Assembly: GCA_963712115.1 (NCBI GenBank)
Contig: CAVQGX010000010.1
Span: 1-22,367, forward strand
Direction of reading: 5' to 3'
Origin: an uncultured delta proteobacterium
GTDB lineage: Bacteria; Desulfobacterota; Syntrophobacteria; BM002
DNA: 22,367 bases
The position numbers and the translations under genes are program-made. Within the stretch, counting starts at the first letter, position 1. The number at the start of each line of letters is the position of its first letter. Under the pieces are notes generated by a model. It was not told where the DNA came from. It was given only the letters and a program-made list of their open reading frames with translations, and did no database searches. Below are positions 7,957 through 16,536 of this stretch, one piece after another.

Positions 7957-8787
7957 CTACTTAATGAACTGCTCCCAGTCCTTTGTGTTAAACCAGTAAT
8001 TATGTCTCTCTAGCAACCAGCCTTCAGCCTCGACGGAGCGAATCCAACTATTGAAGTAATTGAGGGTGTCGAGGTCGCCCTTGCGGACGGCAAATCCTAT
8101 GAGTTCACGGGAAAACGGCTCAGTGATGGCGAACAGGGTATCTGGATATTTTATGGCTTGGTACGCAGGAGTTGGCAGGGAGGCAACAACGCCATGGAGC
8201 TTGCCATTGAGCAATTCCTGATAGAGTTGGGGTTCTTCTGGAAAGAGGCGGAGCTCTGCCTTGGGCATAACTCGCCTTATCGCGGGCACGGAGGTAGATC
8301 CGAGTCGGGCTCCGAGAATCACGTCGGCACGATTGAAGTCCTCAGGTTGCTTGAAACCGGCAGCCAATTTCTGGTGGGCGCAGATCGTTTGGCCGCTGTA
8401 ATCGTAAGGAATGGTGAAGTTTACTTTAAGGTTGCGATCTGCTCGAATAGTCATGCCTCCTATGATGACGTCGAACTTGCCGGTAAGGAGGGCAGGAATG
8501 ATCCCATCCCACTTGGTCGGGATAAACTCGACCTCCACCCCGGTGTCTTTTGCCAGTCGAGTGGCAACGTCGATTTCGAAACCAATGAATTTACCAGTCT
8601 TATCCTTCATGGCCCAGGGAACAAAAGTGGACATGCCCACACGAAGTACCCCCCGCTTAATTATTGTTTCTATGGTGCTTTCAGCTATTAATTGTTTCTG
8701 CAACTTACCTGCCGAGGCCGATATCACCAAGGAAAACACCAGAGTGGTGGTGATTAAAGCTTGAAGGAGTCCCCGAAGTGTTTTCAT
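7957..8787 (-). CDS. polar amino acid ABC transporter substrate-binding protein (SBP family 3)
   Basis: Signal peptide. Motifs GVLRVG, GFEID, WDGIIPALLTGKFD and VNFTIPY. RBS AAGGAG. Confidence 0.95.
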   Translation of the reverse strand: MKTLRGLLQALITTTLVFSLVISASAGKLQKQLIAESTIETIIKRGVLRVGMSTFVPWAMKDKTGKFIGFEIDVATRLAKDTGVEVEFIPTKWDGIIPALLTGKFDVIIGGMTIRADRNLKVNFTIPYDYSGQTICAHQKLAAGFKQPEDFNRADVILGARLGSTSVPAIRRVMPKAELRLFPEEPQLYQELLNGKLHGVVASLPTPAYQAIKYPDTLFAITEPFSRELIGFAVRKGDLDTLNYFNSWIRSVEAEGWLLERHNYWFNTKDWEQFIK

Positions 8788-8810
8788 CTTTTACTCCTTT
8801 CTACTAAACT

Positions 8811-9100
8811 CGCAGAGCGCATAGCGCATAGCGTTAAGTCAAATCGTTAAAGTCGTTAACGGTAAACCGCACGAGATGTTATCCGTTATTCGTTATACGT
8901 TATACGCAAAAGATCAGCCTATAACTCGTTCTAACTTTAAACTTTGAACCTTGAACTTTGAACTACTGCCCTCTGCCCTTTGACCTCTACCGATTACAAC
9001 AAATGACAGCGAAGCGTACTGACCCAATGACGCCGAAGGCAAATGACTCATGACCTGCCTGCTGCTAGCTGCCAGCTGTATTTCCCCATGCTCTATGCCC
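8811..9100. repeat. stack of eight short arrays (CGCATAG, AAATCGTT-type 9-mer, CGTTATA, AACTTTG, TCTGCCC, AATGAC+hairpin, CTGCTAG, CTCTATG)
   Basis: Read directly from the 313-bp spacer between the ATPase and SBP genes. Confidence 0.75.
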
Positions 9101-9853
9101 TCAAAGAATCTGGCTAATGAACTGTTTAGTTCTCTCTTCCTGTGGATTGGAAAATATCTGTTCCACCGATCCTTCTTCCACAATTCTTCCCTCGTCCATA
9201 AATATGACCCGATCGCCAACTTCGCGTGCGAACCCCATCTCGTGGGTAACCACGACCATGGTCATTCCCTCCCGGGCGAGCGTTTTCATGACCTCCAGGA
9301 CTTCACCGATCATCTCTGGATCAAGAGCACTAGTTGCCTCGTCAAAAAGCATTACTTTGGGTACCATTGCCAGGGCCCTGGCAATGGCAACTCGTTGTTG
9401 TTGACCGCCGCTGAGTTGGCCTGGATAGACATGGGCTTTCTCAGGAATGCCAACTTTTTCCAACAAGGACATGGTAGTCTCTGTGGCCTCTTCTTTTCTC
9501 TTGTTCCTCACCAGTACTTGCGCCAGATTGACATTTTCCAGGACAGTCAGGTGGGGGAAGAGGTTAAATGACTGGAAGACCATGCCTACCTCTTTGCGAA
9601 TTTCTAGACGATTCTCCTTGTTGTCATCAAGAAGTATACTGTCGATGGTAATGGTGCCTCTATCAAAATCTTCGAGGCCGTTCAGGCACCTAAGAAATGT
9701 GGACTTCCCGGCGCCCGAAGGACCTATGATTACCACAACCTCTCTGCGCCGGATCTTGGTGGAGAAATCATCAAGAGCTCTGACACCACCGGGAAAAGTC
9801 TTGTAAACCCCCTCTACTTCAATGATGTAATCACCCAGGGTCTTTCTTTGCAT
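9101..9853 (-). CDS. polar amino acid ABC transporter ATP-binding protein (GlnQ/HisP family)
   Basis: Walker A GPSGAGKS, signature [15 protein letters not shown], Walker B MLFDE, and H-loop VTHEMGFA. Confidence 0.95.
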   Translation of the reverse strand: MQRKTLGDYIIEVEGVYKTFPGGVRALDDFSTKIRRREVVVIIGPSGAGKSTFLRCLNGLEDFDRGTITIDSILLDDNKENRLEIRKEVGMVFQSFNLFPHLTVLENVNLAQVLVRNKRKEEATETTMSLLEKVGIPEKAHVYPGQLSGGQQQRVAIARALAMVPKVMLFDEATSALDPEMIGEVLEVMKTLAREGMTMVVVTHEMGFAREVGDRVIFMDEGRIVEEGSVEQIFSNPQEERTKQFISQIL

Positions 9854-9869
9854 CGAAATCTTCCAAGGG

Positions 9870-10676
9870 TTAGGTTAATGCCAGGATGTCGGCAATGGTT
9901 GAAAGCACAACAGTGAGAACGAGGTAGATGGCTGCCACGGTGAACCAGACCTCAAAGGTTAAGAAAGTCTCACTAATGATCACTTGTGCCTGCATGGTCA
10001 AATCGTATATGGCGACGGTGGATACTAGTGCCGAGTCTTTAATCAGCGAGACTGCCTGACTGGTGAGAGGAGGAAGTATCCGCCTGATCGCCTGGGGCAG
10101 AATTATATACCTATAGGTGTGAATAGCGCTGAGACCAAGGCTATGGGCCGCCTCCCATTGTCCTTTGTCTATGGAGACTATACCAGCCCGGAAGATTTCC
10201 GAGGCGTAGGCTCCCTCGAATAGGCTCAATGCGAGCACCCCTGCGGTAAACCTGCCGATCCCCAATGCTGGTGCAAGGACAAAATAGATGAAAAACAACT
10301 GAACCAGAAGGGGGGTGTTTCTGATCAGTTCCAAATAACCTCGCGCCACAGCTCTACCTACAAATGAGTCAGACATTCTCAACAAGGCGGTCACCAGACC
10401 AAAAAGAGCGGCTAGCACCAGACTCCAGGAGCAGATGCGCAAAGTTACAATCAAGCCGTCCATTAAAGGACCGAGTACGAGCTTGCTGCCTTCGAAGCTG
10501 AAGATGTATCTGGGCACTCGGTGCCACTGCCAGTTATAGCCCAATCTCTCCGTTCCTCTGTAGAGCAGCCAACTAAGGGCAACTATGACGAGTAAAAACT
10601 TAATGATGTCAACCCACGGCAAGGTAGTAAAGGGAAGCCGAAAAGGGCGAGAACTTCGATTGCTGACTAAAGCCAT
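9870..10676 (-). CDS. polar amino acid ABC transporter permease
   Basis: [13 protein letters not shown], the EAA loop and [11 protein letters not shown] 10676 is preferred over the track's start at 10724; the start is uncertain. Confidence 0.9.
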   Translation of the reverse strand: MALVSNRSSRPFRLPFTTLPWVDIIKFLLVIVALSWLLYRGTERLGYNWQWHRVPRYIFSFEGSKLVLGPLMDGLIVTLRICSWSLVLAALFGLVTALLRMSDSFVGRAVARGYLELIRNTPLLVQLFFIYFVLAPALGIGRFTAGVLALSLFEGAYASEIFRAGIVSIDKGQWEAAHSLGLSAIHTYRYIILPQAIRRILPPLTSQAVSLIKDSALVSTVAIYDLTMQAQVIISETFLTFEVWFTVAAIYLVLTVVLSTIADILALT

Positions 10677-10702
10677 AAGGTAGCACCAAGGGCCAGAGAA
10701 TT

Positions 10703-10719
10703 GGCAAAAGCTATTCCAA
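10703..10719 (-). promoter_or_regulatory. possible sigma-54 promoter for the ABC operon
   Basis: The minus strand reads TTGGAAT-AGCTT-TTGCC (GG-N10-GC), but the -24 box is imperfect and the leader would be very short. Confidence 0.3.
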
Positions 10720-10742
10720 AACAAGGGTAGTAGATGGGTTTA

Positions 10743-11405
10743 TGATGTGTGCTGTGTGATGTGCGATGTGGAATGAATAATCAAGCACATTGTCTGGGCA
10801 ACGCTTTTTCATCTCACATCTCATATCCCATATCCCAGATCAGATAATCAAACTCGGGTCGCGTATGGAAAAACTCAGTATCCAGCATCGAGCATCAAGA
10901 ATCAAGCATCCAGCATCAAGAATCCAGCATCGAGAATCTAGCATCCAGCGTCGTGCGTTCTATTTTATGCAACATTTTTACTATTTCAACCAATTCCGCA
11001 AATTGTATGTCGGTTGTCAGAAAAAGCATGGCGCATGGGGCATAGGGTATAGGGCATAGAGTATTTGGCGAGACGTGCGAGACGGGAGGTCGGGCGAGAC
11101 GGGATCAGAGGTCAGAAGACAGAGGTCGGAGGACAGGAGGTCACTAGGCACTAAGGACTAGGCACTATGCGGGGCTGGACGACGCGGGGACGCGGAGAAA
11201 CGGCGAGACGGGGATATTCAGCAGGCAGCATGCAGCTAGCAGGAAAAAGATATCCTGTATAGATAATGGTTTTTGCATGTCTCGAGCTGACTGCTGTCAG
11301 CTGCAAGCTGGCTCCTGGATTCTGGCTCCTGACTTCTGGCTCCTTGAGCCTTTACGATTTAAACGACTTCAACGATTTGAACGGTTTGAACGACTTGAAC
11401 AATTT
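10743..11405. repeat. large mosaic of about 11 different 7/8/9-mer tandem arrays
   Basis: TGATGTG x4 / CATCTCA x4 inverted pair (10743-10837); NAGMATC x11 (10876-10952); GGCATAG x5 (11025-11061); GCGAGACG-type; GGTCAGA x5 (11103-11137); CACTAGG x4 (11142-11170); GACGCGGG x4; CAGCAGG x3; AGCTGAC x4; TGGCTCC x5; AACGATTTG-type 9-mer x6 (11352-11405). Confidence 0.85.
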
Positions 11406-11426
11406 AATTTGTCTCAGCGGTTAAGC

Positions 11427-12860
11427 TTACGCGCTCAAAACAACAGTGTCACGCTGAATGGCGTGGTTGGAGTTGGCCTCCCTGAAGTAAATACCCTTGC
11501 GGTAAAAGGGATAGTAAACCAACCTGGATTTCTCGACCTTAATTTTTGACTCTTTCAGTGAGTTGCGAGCGCGGCGGTTATATCTGGGCACCATGGAGAT
11601 AAGTACCGTTTGGGCTAATTGTTCGGCTTCGGGGTCAGCTAGGCACACTGCCTCGAACCTTTCTTTTTCCAGTCTTTTTTTAGGGCGAAGTTGTTTGGAG
11701 GGTGGGCTAACGCAGAAAAGGTTGGCCAACTTGGAAAGGGACTTGGGGCTTCTAATTTTGAAAGCTGGAATCAGAAACCGAATTGACTTGGAACCATTTT
11801 CTCCTTCCCTTGCTAGCGGAAGGTTAGGTAACAATTCGCGGAGGTCGGAACGGCTACTCAACACCCCACCGCTAATTTGAATCTGGGTTTCAATATCCCA
11901 GAAGGGCATGTAACGGACATCATGTTCGAACCTTTTCGGAGTAGCCACTAGCTGATACTCCACTTCCTGGTAACTACCAGCGTTTTCGGTCCAGGCCCGG
12001 GTGCAAGTGGGACAAATGTGAGTCTTGCTGGCGGGAGAGAAAGGGAGATTCCAGCCGCATACCGGGCAGGTAAATGGAATCAGGCGGAGATCGCTGAAGT
12101 TAACTACCGTTTCACTCGGCAGGCGTTTCTTGAAAAAAGACTCTACAGTCTTATTCCACACGGTTTTCCTGACGCGATTGGCCACCCCATCAATAATCAG
12201 CAGACCGCTCCTATCTTTTGCTTCTACCACCAGAACCCAGAATGGAAAATAGACTACTGAGTAGACTTCTCCCACCAATTTTGTATCTGCAAATTCCACC
12301 CTCAAGCTTCGATCAGAGAAGCCGTAGGTTAGGAAGCTGCTAGTGTATTTCCTTGCCTCCTGGAGGCCTACCTCAGCAGGAAGAACAATCTCTGCACCGG
12401 AGAGCCTGGTGTGGTGGAAGAGCTGCAAGGGTATGGCAGAGGTGCGCACTCCCATAGACGGCAAGTTAAGATCTGGTTCCCTGTAGGCTGGAAAAGAGAA
12501 ATCGAAGATCTTGGTTTTAAGTTCCTTAGCGTCATCCCATGTGCTCATACCCAATTTTGAAACAGTGTGCCTCTTGCCCAGCAGCCAATGAAAGACCATT
12601 CCTATAGTTCGCCAGTATGGAGCATAGACCAAATAAAGTTCCTTCTTTTTCCAGCGCCATGACTCTTTGCTGATAAGTAAGGTCGAAATCCGATGGTGAA
12701 ATTGTGTTTCAGTCCAGCGTGGCGGAAACATAAACCGCGGAATGCCTGACTTACCGGAAATCTGATTTGTGGAGCCGCAATACTGACAGCGAACCACCTC
12801 GATTTCTTCGTCAAAGACTATGTCGCCCCCGCACTGGGGGCAATCGACCTTGATTTGCAT
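11427..12860 (-). CDS. zinc-ribbon protein (YdjG-like) with apparent internal duplication
   Basis: CPQC/CQYC + YAPYW...YFPFW, then CPVC/CPTC + YMPFW...YYPFY. Lies downstream of the SPFH gene. Confidence 0.75.
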   Translation of the reverse strand: MQIKVDCPQCGGDIVFDEEIEVVRCQYCGSTNQISGKSGIPRFMFPPRWTETQFHHRISTLLISKESWRWKKKELYLVYAPYWRTIGMVFHWLLGKRHTVSKLGMSTWDDAKELKTKIFDFSFPAYREPDLNLPSMGVRTSAIPLQLFHHTRLSGAEIVLPAEVGLQEARKYTSSFLTYGFSDRSLRVEFADTKLVGEVYSVVYFPFWVLVVEAKDRSGLLIIDGVANRVRKTVWNKTVESFFKKRLPSETVVNFSDLRLIPFTCPVCGWNLPFSPASKTHICPTCTRAWTENAGSYQEVEYQLVATPKRFEHDVRYMPFWDIETQIQISGGVLSSRSDLRELLPNLPLAREGENGSKSIRFLIPAFKIRSPKSLSKLANLFCVSPPSKQLRPKKRLEKERFEAVCLADPEAEQLAQTVLISMVPRYNRRARNSLKESKIKVEKSRLVYYPFYRKGIYFREANSNHAIQRDTVVLSA

Positions 12861-12924
12861 GATCTAAGTAGCCATGTTTTACGATTGGTGCCGACTACAA
12901 GGTTTTGCTCTGAACGAACGCCAA

Positions 12925-13025
12925 TGGAGTACTGGAGTGCTGGAGTTATGGAGTAATGGGTTTCAAAAGCTCACGTCGTTACCATGTCTTTGCAGTACTC
13001 CATTACTCCACTACTCCATTACTCC
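12925..13025. repeat. inverted pair of octamer arrays (TGGAGTAN)x4 / (NTACTCCA)x4
   Basis: Left arm 12925-12958, right arm 12993-13025. Could form an approximately 33-bp stem. Confidence 0.85.
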
Positions 13026-13106
13026 GGCAAAGTGCTACATGAGGGAAGGCTTTACTAACCATTACTAGAGGTATATCAAAGACTGAACATGGATATCTGC
13101 TTTGGG

Positions 13107-14225
13107 TTAGGTCAATTTCTCCCCACACTCGTTACAGAAGTTGGCCTCCGGTAGCGCTTCATAGCCGCAATTGGAACATTTTTTGAATTTTTTCTCGACC
13201 TTGGTGCCGCAATTCATGCAGAAGTTGGCACCTGCTGGAAGATCCTGGCTACAGTGAAGGCATTTGTTGATAGTTACGATTTGATGGCCGCAGTTGGAAC
13301 AGAAACGAGCATCCATAGGTATTTGCGCCTGGCAGGCAGGGCAACTCGTCTGCTTTTGCGTGGGTAAATGACCCTCTTGCATTGTTTTCTGAAGCATGCC
13401 GGGAATTAACATGCCTAAACCGGCACCCAACCCTAGCCCCATACCACTTGCGGCATCCCCAGCCCCTTCGGCTGTAGCTGCATCTCCCATGGCCTTGGCA
13501 GCCTTAAACTTCATGAAGCTATCAAGGTCGCCCACAGCCTGCATGCCGGCTTTGGCATCGATCATCTTTTGAACCTCGGCCGGCGGGGTAATATTGTTGA
13601 TATAGAAATCAAGAAGGCTGATGCCGTAACGAGCAAAGTCCTCATACACTCTGCTCTTGATTGCTGCGCCAAGTTCGTCGTAATAGGCGGGCAGATTAAA
13701 GACGGTTTCTAACATTTCACCCAAGAGGTCGTTAACCCTGCTTACTATTACATCGCGGAGGAAGTCTTCTATCTCTTCGGTACCAAAAATCCCCTGTGTG
13801 CCAACGAGAGTGTTGATAAAGAGTAATGGCTGAGTAATACGCATGGTGTAGGTGCCGAATCCGCGAAGACGGACAAGGCCGAGCTCAGCGTCCTTGAAGG
13901 CAACGGGCTCCTTAGTACCCCATTTGAGGTGGGTGAAAATCTTGGTGTTGGCAAAATAGATCTCAACTCTGAAGGGACTCTTGGTACCAAAAGGAAGGCT
14001 GAGCACTTTGGTGATCAGGGGTAAATTAAGGGTAGAGAGGGTATGCCGACCTGGTCCGAGAATGTCGTAGGCTTTGCCGTCCCGAAAAAAAATAGCGGCC
14101 TGGCTTTCACGGACGATTAACTGCGCACCCAGCTTGATTTCTGCTGATCCATTTTCAGGAATGCGATGCATCATGGTGTGACCAGTTTCGTCAAACCACT
14201 CGATGACTTCAAGGAAAACGGCCAT
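13107..14225 (-). CDS. SPFH/Band-7 domain protein (YdjI-like) with C-terminal zinc ribbons
   Basis: QLIVRESQAAIF, GPGRHTL-T-NLP, KWGTKEP, LRGFGTY, GMGLGLGAGLG, and three CxxC-x10-CxxCG units. RBS AAGGAG. Confidence 0.9.
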   Translation of the reverse strand: MAVFLEVIEWFDETGHTMMHRIPENGSAEIKLGAQLIVRESQAAIFFRDGKAYDILGPGRHTLSTLNLPLITKVLSLPFGTKSPFRVEIYFANTKIFTHLKWGTKEPVAFKDAELGLVRLRGFGTYTMRITQPLLFINTLVGTQGIFGTEEIEDFLRDVIVSRVNDLLGEMLETVFNLPAYYDELGAAIKSRVYEDFARYGISLLDFYINNITPPAEVQKMIDAKAGMQAVGDLDSFMKFKAAKAMGDAATAEGAGDAASGMGLGLGAGLGMLIPGMLQKTMQEGHLPTQKQTSCPACQAQIPMDARFCSNCGHQIVTINKCLHCSQDLPAGANFCMNCGTKVEKKFKKCSNCGYEALPEANFCNECGEKLT

Positions 14226-14243
14226 GGGGGTGCTCCTTTCGAT

Positions 14244-14302
14244 CGCGCCTAGCGCATGGCGCAGAGCGCATAGAGTAATAAACAGTGCTCTACGCCCCGC
14301 GC
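14244..14302. repeat. CGCATAG heptamer array with degenerate inverted arm
   Basis: cgcctag-cgcatgg-cgcagag-cgcatag-ag ... ctctacgc-cccgcgc. Confidence 0.6.
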
Positions 14303-14324
14303 CTTTCAGGCCATGGATGAAAAA

Positions 14325-14828
14325 CTAATTTTGATTAAATATGGATTTGCGTTTTTCTAACCTTTCTTCGAGTCGATTGATTGCCTGCTGGAAATCATCC
14401 AAAGAATCTGTCTTCCAGTCGTCATCCTGACGCTGCTTCAAATTGCCAACCGCTACTGCCAACTTCTCGATCTCTTGGTGCAGAGACAGGTCGTAATCAT
14501 ATAGTTGTGCAAGTTTTTGCTCATCCACTTTTACCCCCGCAAAAAGACCGGCATAGCCGTAGCTGGAAAAGCGAATGGTATCAGCCAGTCGCATTATTTT
14601 GCGAGCGTGCCTGTCCAGATGACTCAAGGGTTGGAGAATGGCTTTATTAGTGAGCTTAGATTGAATTTCTTGTAGGTAGTTTGCCTGCTCACCGATCCTT
14701 GCTGCCAGCTGCTCGCGGATGATCTTATCTTGGGTTCTCAACCCCTCTCGTTCCTGGTAGGAGGGCATACCGGGAAAAATACGAACAACACTCTTGAAGA
14801 TTGCCGCGACCTTTTCCTTGGTGAGCAT
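14325..14828 (-). CDS. helical hypothetical protein, first gene of the SPFH operon
   Basis: RBS AAGGAG. Motifs FPGxxSY-ERE-LR-DK and SYGYAGLF-VKVDE-L-LYDYD, with coiled-coil character. Confidence 0.8.
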   Translation of the reverse strand: MLTKEKVAAIFKSVVRIFPGMPSYQEREGLRTQDKIIREQLAARIGEQANYLQEIQSKLTNKAILQPLSHLDRHARKIMRLADTIRFSSYGYAGLFAGVKVDEQKLAQLYDYDLSLHQEIEKLAVAVGNLKQRQDDDWKTDSLDDFQQAINRLEERLEKRKSIFNQN

Positions 14829-14919
14829 AATTTATCTCCTTTTTTGTAACACTCCTGGGCAGCAGCAAAGAAAACACGCGCAAGATTAGGGGTTTAGGTT
14901 TGCAATAATCAAGCCACAG

Positions 14920-15033
14920 CATCTGTCATTTCACATCGTTCATTTCTCATTGCACATTTAAAGCAAGCAACTGTTTACTCAAGTTGATCTCCACTGAATA
15001 GATGATAAATGTGAAATGCGAAATGAGCAATGA
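14920..15033. repeat. inverted pair of heptamer arrays (CATTTCA)n / (AAATGHG)n
   Basis: Left arm 14920-14960, right arm 15003-15033, between divergent genes. Confidence 0.7.
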
Positions 15034-15038
15034 AGGAA

Positions 15039-15056
15039 CCAGACGTTGACATCTGG
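15039..15056 (+). promoter_or_regulatory. operator-like inverted repeat containing a TTGACA -35 box
   Basis: CCAGACGT-TG-ACATCTGG (7/8 symmetric) lies upstream of the Cys-rich mini-gene. Confidence 0.35.
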
Positions 15057-15140
15057 CGTTTCGTACTTACGGATAGTGGTTAGTTGTTATGGAGAAAAAG
15101 TATTTAGTTGTCTAATACAGTCATTAAAAGGAGAATGAAT

Positions 15141-15362
15141 ATGGCTTACACCTGTAAAAATTGCGGAGCGGTTGCAAGTGAACCTGGACATCTGTGCAAT
15201 CCCTGCGGGGATGCGGCCAAGTGCAGCTTTTGCGGCACGCCCAAGGCAGATACAAAACATATGTGCAGGGACAAATTGGCAGCCATGAAATATTCCTGCT
15301 CGGGTTGCGGCAGGGTCGCCATGGAGCCTGATCACCTTTGTAAGCCCAGCGCGATTAAGTAA
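15141..15362 (+). CDS. small Cys/His-rich protein with three CxxCG-x7-HxC repeats (73 aa)
   Basis: AGGAGA lies 6 nt before ATG 15141. Contains 10 Cys and 3 His in a strict repeat. Confidence 0.8.
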   Translation: MAYTCKNCGAVASEPGHLCNPCGDAAKCSFCGTPKADTKHMCRDKLAAMKYSCSGCGRVAMEPDHLCKPSAIK

Positions 15363-15378
15363 AACTCACTTCTTTGCA

Positions 15379-15605
15379 ATTCCCCTCTATGCCCATTTGA
15401 AAAAGGGGGATAGAGGGGAATGTTCCCCTTTGTCGAACCCAAAATCCCCCCTTACCCCCCTTTACGAAAGGGGGGCTGAAAAATCGTGATTTAAAAGAGT
15501 CTCCCTTTAAAAAGTGGGATAGTTGCTAATAAGGGCCTGGGAGGCGTGGTGAGGAGAAAAGGCTATAAAGTCCCCCTTTTTTAAAGGGGGATTTAGGGGG
15601 ATTTT
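15379..15605. repeat. REP-like CCCCCTTT...AAAGGGGG palindrome cluster between convergent genes (may terminate transcription)
   Basis: Hairpin ATTCCCCTCTAT...ATAGAGGGGAAT (15379-15421). Inverted copies at 15441-15477 and 15569-15605, and a partial copy near 15498-15520. Confidence 0.7.
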
Positions 15606-15654
15606 TAAGTGGGGATTGGAAGCTTGTGGTGGATAGAGTTTTGAATCGGGGTAG

Positions 15655-16047
15655 TTATTTCGATGACTTACTCTTCCCGCCAGGTATAACTCTAAGTTGG
15701 CTTCGGCGCTGACTTGCTCTCAATTCTCTCAATAGTTGCTGCCTCGTTTTTTTGTTTTCCTCTAAGGACTGGGCATAATCGACTCGCTTCCTTTCGTGAT
15801 CTGCATCTATTTCTTTCACCACCACCCGCGTTCGTTTCAGTCTTTGGTAGGCGAGGGAGCGGGACCAGAACTTTTCATTCAGAGGTCTACCGTAGGTCTC
15901 TTCAAGCTCTTCTTTAAAGGCATGGGCATGGTGGTCTAATAAAAAACGTTCGAGATCGAATAGTTCTTCGTCCGCCAGATAATAGGGTGAGTACTCCCAC
16001 TCGGCAACCTCAAATGCCAGTTTTTCAAAAATCTCCTCGTTGTCCAT
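15655..16047 (-). CDS. hypothetical protein (about 130 aa)
   Basis: ORF directly follows the thioesterase. Acidic N-half, basic coiled-coil C-half ending LRVIPGGKSKSSK. ATG 16047 (the track uses TTG 16053). Confidence 0.65.
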   Translation of the reverse strand: MDNEEIFEKLAFEVAEWEYSPYYLADEELFDLERFLLDHHAHAFKEELEETYGRPLNEKFWSRSLAYQRLKRTRVVVKEIDADHERKRVDYAQSLEENKKTRQQLLRELRASQRRSQLRVIPGGKSKSSK

Positions 16048-16062
16048 AATCAAGCTCTAAAA

Positions 16063-16536
16063 TTAACTACCGGCCAAATTTAGATTGGTGTGGCTGTCGT
16101 TGCCCTCGAAGCGAGTCACGGCTTGGCGGAAACTCTCAGGTGCGCGAATGGGTTTTGAGGTGGACGGATCAACGGCCACCGCGACAATATGACCGTTGGC
16201 AATGAACCGTTGAGATTCGGGCTCGAAGATAGAGAATTCGAAAGTAAAGCTGGAATTGCCGATTTTTCCTACCCGGGCATGGACATGGAGGATCTCGTCA
16301 AAAAAAGCCCGGTCACGGTACTGGCAGAGTGACTCCACGTAATAAAAATCAACCCCAGACTGCAAGAATTTGTCGTAACTGTAGTCAATTGCTTTTAGGT
16401 ACTCGGTGAGGGCCACGTCGAAGTAGGTAAGGAAGTGGCCAAAAAATACATGCCCCTGCTGGTCCGTCTCGATAAAGCGGACCTGGATAGGATGAAAAAA
16501 GCGATAGAGGTATTGAGACTGTTTCTGCTTGGTCAT
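16063..16536 (-). CDS. acyl-CoA thioesterase (4HBT/YbgC/FadM hot-dog family)
   Basis: VRFIETDQQGHVFFGHFLTYFD, KIGNSSF and PIRAP motifs. ATG 16536 is preferred because the track's start at 16605 is in a repeat. Confidence 0.9.
   Translation of the reverse strand: MTKQKQSQYLYRFFHPIQVRFIETDQQGHVFFGHFLTYFDVALTEYLKAIDYSYDKFLQSGVDFYYVESLCQYRDRAFFDEILHVHARVGKIGNSSFTFEFSIFEPESQRFIANGHIVAVAVDPSTSKPIRAPESFRQAVTRFEGNDSHTNLNLAGS

Noticed and set aside
8914-9219. 101-aa minus-strand ORF, and similar ORFs at 11277-11549, 12874-13068 and 16435-16734
   Set aside because: They run through repeat stacks or overlap real genes, and contain no protein motifs.
9854-9900. Permease C-terminus (ADILALT*) shorter than its paralog; possible truncation or pseudogene
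   Set aside because: All TM segments and the EAA loop are intact. The difference is only a few residues and cannot be judged without homologs.
10790-11059. 89-aa ORF (SIQHRASRIKHPAS...)
   Set aside because: It is a translation of the heptamer arrays, starts at TTG without an RBS, and is a repeat shadow ORF.
10743-11405. Possible CRISPR array
   Set aside because: No constant 23-47 bp repeat with unique spacers, and no cas genes.
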